DNA from: Pseudomonadota bacterium
GTDB lineage: Bacteria; Bdellovibrionota_B; Oligoflexia; Oligoflexales; CAIMVM01
Reading direction: 5' to 3'
DNA: 12,811 nucleotides
NCBI GenBank assembly: GCA_037142195.1
Contig: JBAXBA010000095.1
Span: 1-12,811, forward strand
The position numbers and the translations under genes were made by a program. Below the pieces are notes generated by a model. That model ran no database searches and was not told where the DNA came from. It saw only the letters and a program-made list of their open reading frames with translations. Position 1 is the first letter of the stretch; every line of letters starts with the position of its first letter. Of this stretch, positions 1 to 4,875 are shown piece after piece.

Positions 1-74
1 ATGCGGTAGCACGGAGTAAGCTCCGGACGTCGACGCATGTAGGTAACTGGTTTTGTAGTTTTGGCAGCTTCCAT
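1..74 (-). CDS. Probable IS91-family (IS801/IS1294/ISCR-like) transposase, N-terminal fragment running off the left edge (alternative in-frame ATG at 119)
   Basis: The minus strand from ATG 74 reads MEAAKTTKPVTYMRRRPELTPCYR..., open to position 1. YxRRRPExTxxY resembles the YxxxRPExTxLY motif at the N-terminus of IS91-family transposase zinc-binding domains. Only 24 aa are visible, and it is not in the ORF track. Confidence 0.55.
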   Translation of the reverse strand, partial: MEAAKTTKPVTYMRRRPELTPCYR

Positions 75-141
75 AGGCAAGCAATGTGGCAAACATGACC
101 AGTTCTTTGGCGTTAACATAATTAAGGCTGGCCATTTTTAT

Positions 142-188
142 AACTTGCATTTTACAAGCTATCACTTTAAACTTGTGTTTTGCAAGTT
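142..188. promoter_or_regulatory. Two palindromic operator sites AACTTG-N7-CAAG(C/T)T
   Basis: Site 1 is AACTTG(142-147)-cattttа-like 7-nt spacer-CAAGCT(155-160). Site 2 is AACTTG(170-175)-tgttttg-CAAGTT(183-188), a perfect inverted repeat. The sites are 28 bp apart, directly upstream of the RBS of the 209 gene. Confidence 0.7.
145..173 (+). promoter_or_regulatory. Sigma70-type promoter for the SDR reductase gene
   Basis: TTGCAT (145-150), a 17-nt spacer and TAAACT (168-173), followed by the RBS AAGGAG upstream of ATG 209. Both hexamers are overlapped by the operator palindromes. Confidence 0.6.
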
Positions 189-208
189 AATAACAAGGAG
201 AATCACTA

Positions 209-1195
209 ATGAACGAACGAGTGTTAGTCACTGGAATCACGGGATACATAGGTCAACATTGTGCCGTAGAACTTTTAAAGCAAGGCTACGAAGTCGTGGG
301 CTCAATTCGCTCTAAAAGTAAGTCTGAATCCACTCGGAATGCGATCGCAAAGATTTCTCCAGCTGACAAGCTCACTTTTGTAGAAGCTGACCTACTCTCT
401 GATAAAGGCTGGGATGAGGCCGTGAAGGGGTGTACTTACATTCTGCACGTCGCATCTCCATTTGTGATTGCTGAACCAAAGAATGAAAATGATTTGATCA
501 CTCCTGCCGTCGAAGGAACCAAACGCGTTCTTGCAGCAGCCAAGCGGGCGAAAGTTAAAAGAGTGGTTCTTACATCATCAATAGCTGCAATCATGTCGGG
601 CAATGGAAGCGGAAAATTCGGACCTGAAAACTGGTCTAATTTAAATGAAAATATAGGCGCTTATTTAAAAAGTAAAACTCTTGCCGAACAAGCGGCTTGG
701 AAAGCTGTTGAAGGTGGCGAAATGGAACTCGCCGTAATCAACCCAGGCGGAGTATTCGGCCCACCCATCAGCGGAGCCGTAGATGGACAAAATGTGAAAA
801 TGCTGACCGACATGATCAAAGGAAAGTTACCCATGATACCCGATGTTGCCATGGGGATGGTTGATGTGCGCGATGTGGCTCGATTGCATGTAAAAGCAAT
901 GACGGCTCCAGGGGCCGCAGGAAAGCGTTTCATTGCCGCAACCGCAGAGCCTGTTTCCATGGAAACCTTGGCCCAGGTGCTAAAGAAAGAAGGATATTCA
1001 AAGGTGCCCTCGATCAAAGCTCCGAGTATCCTCTTAAAGTTCATGGGTCTTTTTGATCGCGAAGCCAAAGGCATGATTCCATTTTTGGGACAAAAAGCTT
1101 TCTTCGATAATCGCGCCACGTTTGAAGTGCTTGATTGGAAGCCAACTCCAATTGAAAACTCACTAAGAGAAATGGCTGCAGCTATTTCTAAGTAG
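209..1195 (+). CDS. NAD(P)-dependent epimerase/dehydratase family extended SDR (aldehyde reductase / dihydroflavonol-4-reductase-like)
   Basis: 328 aa with Rossmann TGITGYIG, HVASP, VVLTSS, catalytic YLKSK (YxxxK), INPGGVFGP and VDVRDVA motifs, plus a strong RBS. Confidence 0.92.
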   Translation: MNERVLVTGITGYIGQHCAVELLKQGYEVVGSIRSKSKSESTRNAIAKISPADKLTFVEADLLSDKGWDEAVKGCTYILHVASPFVIAEPKNENDLITPAVEGTKRVLAAAKRAKVKRVVLTSSIAAIMSGNGSGKFGPENWSNLNENIGAYLKSKTLAEQAAWKAVEGGEMELAVINPGGVFGPPISGAVDGQNVKMLTDMIKGKLPMIPDVAMGMVDVRDVARLHVKAMTAPGAAGKRFIAATAEPVSMETLAQVLKKEGYSKVPSIKAPSILLKFMGLFDREAKGMIPFLGQKAFFDNRATFEVLDWKPTPIENSLREMAAAISK

Positions 1196-1326
1196 TCCTT
1201 CAATAATTGATATATGTTTTTAAAACTAATTCAACCAAAGGAATTTAAGTGATAAACTCTGATCCCAAAAAGCCAAATAAAGCGATCTCTTATCAAGATG
1301 GACACTATAGGACGGAGGGGATCACG

Positions 1327-2025
1327 ATGCCGGCGTATCTGGTTGTGCATGTTAAGTTTAAGGACATGGTATACTCGATTGCCCGTTACGGGCGGCATGC
1401 GATGCCGATGATGGAGAAGATGGGCGGAGAAGTCTTGGCAGGGTCGATGAGCCCCCTTGTGCTGGAGGACTCGTGGGACGGCAACTGGGCCGCCCTCGTG
1501 AAGTTCAAGGATATGGCCACGGCTGAGGCCTTCTGCAATGCGCCCGAGTATAAGCCTCTCAAGGACCTCCGCATGAACGAGCTTACCGAGTTCGGAAGGG
1601 TCCTTCTCGTCGAGGGAAGCAATCCCGCACCTGCCGATAGTGCCTCATCGAATACTCTCCCCGCGTACCTCATTTCCCAGATGAAGTTCAAGAACACGCA
1701 GGATGCGATGGCGCGCTATTGGCAGGACGCGCTACCCGCAATAAAGAAGATGGGCGGGGATGTCTTGGTGGGGTCTATGACTGCCAAGGTGATCGAGGGC
1801 GAGTGGAACGGTAACTGGGCTTCCGTTGTGAGATTCAAGAACATGGCTACAGCCGAGGCCTTCTACAATTCACCTGAGTACAAGCCGCTCCGGGAACTCT
1901 GCGCGAACGAGCTCACCGAAAGCAACAGGGTACTGCTCGAGGTTGGATTCACCCAGTTTGCGTTTATCAAGGGGGCGCTTGGGCATGCTGTTGCGCGTTT
2001 GAAGTTTTGGGGCGCTCGTAACTAA
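1327..2025 (+). CDS. Tandem DUF1330-domain protein (two ~96-aa dimeric alpha/beta-barrel-type repeats); alternative in-frame GTG start at 1249
   Basis: Each repeat has DUF1330-like motifs (PAYL..., GG.VL, V.E..W, F..MATAEAF.N.PEY..L, RVLL..G). GGAGGG lies before ATG 1327 and AAAGGA before GTG 1249. Confidence 0.8.
   Translation: MPAYLVVHVKFKDMVYSIARYGRHAMPMMEKMGGEVLAGSMSPLVLEDSWDGNWAALVKFKDMATAEAFCNAPEYKPLKDLRMNELTEFGRVLLVEGSNPAPADSASSNTLPAYLISQMKFKNTQDAMARYWQDALPAIKKMGGDVLVGSMTAKVIEGEWNGNWASVVRFKNMATAEAFYNSPEYKPLRELCANELTESNRVLLEVGFTQFAFIKGALGHAVARLKFWGARN
1330..1947 (+). repeat. Intragenic tandem domain duplication, period 330 nt (110 aa)
   Basis: PAYL starts at 1330 and at 1660. An ungapped hand alignment gives 56/96 identical aa (~58%). 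Confidence 0.9.
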
Positions 2026-2168
2026 AACTAAATTTAGTAAGAATCAATGAGTTGACCGAGAGTGGCCAAATTCTTTTAGTTGTAGGAATGTAACGCGAGG
2101 TCAAAAGTTCAGAAGCGAAAACTAATAGGATTTATGGATTAAAAGAAAGATTTAAGCCAAAATAAATT

Positions 2169-2549
2169 ATGACGAAAAGCGAAGTTAATTTTCAATGGCG
2201 ATCGGTTTGCCCTATTTGCTCGGGACTCGATGTCCTAGGTGACAAGTGGACAATGCTCATCATTCGAGACCTCCTCATTCACGGACCAAGAACTTATTCA
2301 GAGCTCCTTGACTCCCCGGAACATATTTCCACGAACATTCTTGCGGACAGGCTTGAATTATTAGTCTCATTGAAATTGATTGAAAGAGTTCACCCCGATA
2401 AATCAGCGAGAAACAATGCTTTTAAAGTCACCGAGAGTGGAGCAGCCTTACGTCCCGTTCTTGAGGGCCTGGCCGTTTGGGCCTCCACACATCTTAAAGA
2501 GTTTCACAGTAAAATTGTTTCCTCCGCACCAAAAAAGAATAAAAAATAG
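2169..2549 (+). CDS. HxlR-family (MarR/DUF24) winged-helix transcriptional regulator
   Basis: 126 aa with RSVCPI...LDVLGDKWTMLIIRDL...GPRTYSEL...ISTNILADRL..L...LIER and T.SG..L.PVL..LA.W, which is the typical HxlR pattern including the N-terminal Cys. Confidence 0.92.
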   Translation: MTKSEVNFQWRSVCPICSGLDVLGDKWTMLIIRDLLIHGPRTYSELLDSPEHISTNILADRLELLVSLKLIERVHPDKSARNNAFKVTESGAALRPVLEGLAVWASTHLKEFHSKIVSSAPKKNKK

Positions 2550-2592
2550 ATTACATTTAAAATGCTCTCTATTTTGGTTTCGTCCATTGTAA

Positions 2593-2778
2593 TCTGTAAA
2601 GTGAGTAGTTGCTATGTTGGGAATGAAGATCTTGCCTCAAGCAAGTTAGCCAGAATGAAAGATTAGGCACTTGCTGCCGTCTAGAAATCGGGACCAAGAA
2701 AAGAAAAAATCCTTTCAAAGAGTAATTCAACTCAAACTTTGAAAGGAGCCAAACCGATGGCAAGTACTTTCTGTAAAG
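2593..2778 (+). repeat. 9-bp direct repeat TCTGTAAAG (2593-2601 and 2770-2778) bracketing the left inverted-repeat copy
   Basis: Identical 9-mers lie 2 nt before and 1 nt after the 2604-2768 repeat. Confidence 0.8.
2604..2768 (+). repeat. Left arm of 165-bp inverted repeat (second copy of the IS110 left non-coding end, RBS and first 4 codons)
   Basis: Reverse complement of 3404-3568 with a single mismatch (C2755 vs T3417). The match extends about 4 nt outward with one more mismatch (AGTG vs AGTA). Confidence 0.97.
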
Positions 2779-3415
2779 CCTTTCTAAGGTCTATGAGCTG
2801 ACTTGTTAAAAAGCGCCATTGTTCAATGAATATTTTGAAGGAATACTGGACTTCAGCAGCGAGTTCTAACTTCTCAATTTCTTTTAGATAACGATTCGAA
2901 ATGGACCGCTTATCATCTTTGGCCATCAATCCATGGTAATGCAGCTTAGACTTGATCTGACGGGATGTTGTCGCTCTAGCTTCCACCACCTGTTCTCGAG
3001 TTCTGGTTAAGGTTCTTCTCGCTTCTTCATCTTTACTAGGAACATAAATGGCCTTTAATCGGTTGGTAGATAATTGCTCTGCAATCTTCTTGGAGTCTCG
3101 TAGATCGGTCTTTACCTTGTCGTTTGCGGCAACAGCAATGGAAGCGGCGTTAACCACAATACTTTTAACTCCAGCCTTTTCAAGCTCCCTGTGAAGATTA
3201 AATCCAGAAAAGCCCGCTTCGTAGGCAGAATAAAGCTCAGCTCCCTTAAACCAATGGCAAAGAGATTGGGCAAATTCTGCCGGGCTTGCCGGTACACTTG
3301 CTACTTTTTTAACAGTGACACCCTCGCAAATACAAGTCACAGAATAAGTTTCCCTATGCACATCAGTACCGATATAGACTTTTTTTCCAAAATACGAGAT
3401 CTTAGTACTTGCCAT
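2732..3415 (-). pseudogene. IS110-family recombinase/transposase, N-terminal DEDD (RuvC-like) and coiled-coil region only, truncated at about aa 216
   Basis: ATG 3415 follows the RBS AAAGGAG. Motifs are YIGTDVH (D18), YEAGFSGF (E66), VKTDLRDS (D104, D107) and R.LTR.R. The last 11 aa (VLAIGLAPFKV) are read from the inverted repeat. No PGIG/GLxP...SSG Transposase_20 domain is present. Confidence 0.92.
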
Positions 3416-3419
3416 CTGT

Positions 3420-3550
3420 TTGGCTCCTTTCAAAGTTTGAGTTGAATTACTCTTTGAAAGGATTTTTTCTTTTCTTGGTCCCGATTTCTAGACGGCAGCA
3501 AGTGCCTAATCTTTCATTCTGGCTAACTTGCTTGAGGCAAGATCTTCATT
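3420..3550 (-). ncRNA. Candidate IS110 bridge/seek RNA region (duplicate on + strand at ~2622-2752); boundaries approximate
   Basis: A ~150-nt non-coding region upstream of an IS110 recombinase, the position of the bridge RNA in IS110-group elements such as IS621. It lies downstream of an extended -10 and contains three hairpins. Guide loops were not identified. Confidence 0.45.
3425..3462 (-). promoter_or_regulatory. 11-bp hairpin occluding the recombinase Shine-Dalgarno (duplicate at 2710-2747)
   Basis: TCCTTTCAAAG-16 nt loop-CTTTGAAAGGA is a perfect stem, and its 3' arm contains AAAGGA of the SD. Confidence 0.7.
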
Positions 3551-3553
3551 CCC

Positions 3554-3562
3554 AACATAGCA
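3554..3562 (-). promoter_or_regulatory. Extended -10 element TG-C-TATGTT just inside the IS110 left end (duplicate on + at 2610-2618)
   Basis: Matches TGnTAnnnT, with the hexamer 9 nt inside the repeat boundary. No well-spaced -35 in either flank (TTGAGC at 15 nt; TTGTAA at 20 nt), as expected for a circle-junction promoter. Confidence 0.5.
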
Positions 3563-3590
3563 ACTACTTACTGAGCTCAAAAATCGAAGC

Positions 3591-4760
3591 TTAAGACTTT
3601 CGCTTGCGCCGTCTAAGTTCGCCGTCTTGAGCATAAGTCGAAGCACGACCATTTTTAACTTCATTGTAGATCCACAAAGCTTCAGAGGCGATTTGTGGGG
3701 CTTTGATGACCCAACGTTGACCTGCTACAGTAACAGCTGTCACCACCACTTCCGGCCGCCCTAAGGGCATCATGCCCGCAAACCAAGTGGTAAGACCTTC
3801 CGGAGATTTCCCGTTAAGGGTGCCGGTTTTTCCGCCTGCAAAAGGCCTAATAGCCGCGAACTTTCTATTACGAAAAGCCGCCGTAGCCGTACCGCGCAGC
3901 ACAGTCTGGCTCATGACGTTACGCAATACCTTAGCTGCATCTTCGCTAATCACTCGGGGCATGGGGGGCATGGAAGGAGAGGATTCCTCCAAGATGCGAA
4001 GAGGCATGGGTGCCCCATCGTTAGCCACGGCGAGCATTTGCCAAGCAGAGAGCACGGGAGCTAAACCTACGAGGCCAAACCCAGCAGCAAAGGCCCCGAC
4101 GGTATTTGCTGAGCTTGTTTGAGGATTGGGAGAGTTTAGGGGACTCACGGGGATATCAAAATCGGCCGGTATGGGCCGATCAAAGCCAAAACGGTGGGCA
4201 AAATCATTGACCACCCCAAGTCCTAAATCGCTTACGGCGAGTCGGGCAAAATAGCCATTACATGATAATCCATAGGCCTTTCGCAGGGAAATTCCGCCGA
4301 ATTTGCCAATGGGAGTGTTTCGAAGCCAAGACCCATCAGGCATGACATGGGAGCAACCTCCCCCTAAACCGATTTCAAAATCAGGGTTGAGGTTGCTGAG
4401 CTCGATGGCTGCCGCAGAGCTAATGGTTTTGAAGAGGGAGGCAGCCGGAAAGCTGTTGTGCAAAGCTGTATTAACGGAGCTTCCCCAGCTTTCCGGCTTT
4501 AAGCCTTGGGCCATAGCTAAAATTTTTCCTGTTTTCACTTCGACTACAATCACAGAAGCAATCTGATTGCCTTTGCTCGCGATAAATTTTTCCATATAGT
4601 CTTGGATCTTAGGAACTAGGGTCGTATTTTTACCTTGGATCTGAATTTTGCCAGACTCGTTGGGAGCATCAAAATTTAGGGGGATTTGTACACCTGCCGT
4701 GGCATGGCTCGAAATCAGAAGGGCCAAAACGTTTAAAAATATGTATTTTTGGCATCTCAC
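3591..4760 (-). CDS. Penicillin-binding protein, transpeptidase domain only, probably exported
   Basis: Motifs SxxK (ASLFK), SxN (SCN) and KTGT, plus TGKILAMA and WFAG. The likely start is GTG 4760 (AAGAGG upstream), giving the signal peptide MRCQKYIFLNVLALLISSHATA. The ORF track start at 4829 is the alternative. Confidence 0.85.
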   Translation of the reverse strand: MRCQKYIFLNVLALLISSHATAGVQIPLNFDAPNESGKIQIQGKNTTLVPKIQDYMEKFIASKGNQIASVIVVEVKTGKILAMAQGLKPESWGSSVNTALHNSFPAASLFKTISSAAAIELSNLNPDFEIGLGGGCSHVMPDGSWLRNTPIGKFGGISLRKAYGLSCNGYFARLAVSDLGLGVVNDFAHRFGFDRPIPADFDIPVSPLNSPNPQTSSANTVGAFAAGFGLVGLAPVLSAWQMLAVANDGAPMPLRILEESSPSMPPMPRVISEDAAKVLRNVMSQTVLRGTATAAFRNRKFAAIRPFAGGKTGTLNGKSPEGLTTWFAGMMPLGRPEVVVTAVTVAGQRWVIKAPQIASEALWIYNEVKNGRASTYAQDGELRRRKRKS

Positions 4761-4875
4761 CTGGAGACCTCTTCTGGGAAAAGGATTAGATTTATTGACG
4801 TATTTACAGTTAAATGGACTATACCACATTTAGGCCTAGTCCGGGTATCTAGAAATTTCTGTAATATTTGGCACA

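Larger units (their letters stand above)
2604..3568 (-). mobile_element. Rearranged/truncated IS110-family element bounded by inverted copies of its left end
   Basis: IS110 DEDD recombinase fragment plus the duplicated upstream non-coding end. No C-terminal domain and no right end are visible. Confidence 0.85.
3404..3568 (-). repeat. Right arm of 165-bp inverted repeat (native IS110 left end upstream of the recombinase)
   Basis: Reverse complement of 2604-2768. Its outer end lies 22 bp beyond the stop codon of the PBP gene. Confidence 0.97.

Noticed and set aside
1..38. Stem-loop ATGCG..CGGAG-TAAG-CTCCG..CGCAT as an ncRNA or group II intron domain V
   Set aside because: It lacks the domain V consensus, is cut by the window edge, and is better explained as coding sequence of the minus-strand transposase-like frame.
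77..91. Sigma54-like TGCCAC-N5-TTGC on the minus strand before ATG 74
   Set aside because: The invariant GG of the -24 box is missing, and the site is too close to the start codon.
2621..2690. GAATGAA(A)GAT repeats as a mini CRISPR array
   Set aside because: Only two ~10-nt imperfect copies, no repeat-spacer periodicity and no cas genes.
2721..2736. Hairpin-loop CAACT complementary to AGTTG at the element end, and AGTAA matching the right flank, as bridge-RNA guides
   Set aside because: 5-nt matches are expected by chance, and the donor site cannot be reconstructed without the right end.
2569..3594. Twin small ORFs MPSVWLLSKFELNYS... (2569-2763 minus and 3409-3594 plus)
   Set aside because: They are antisense readings of the two inverted-repeat arms. 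Their identity is explained by the DNA repeat, and there is no RBS or recognisable domain.
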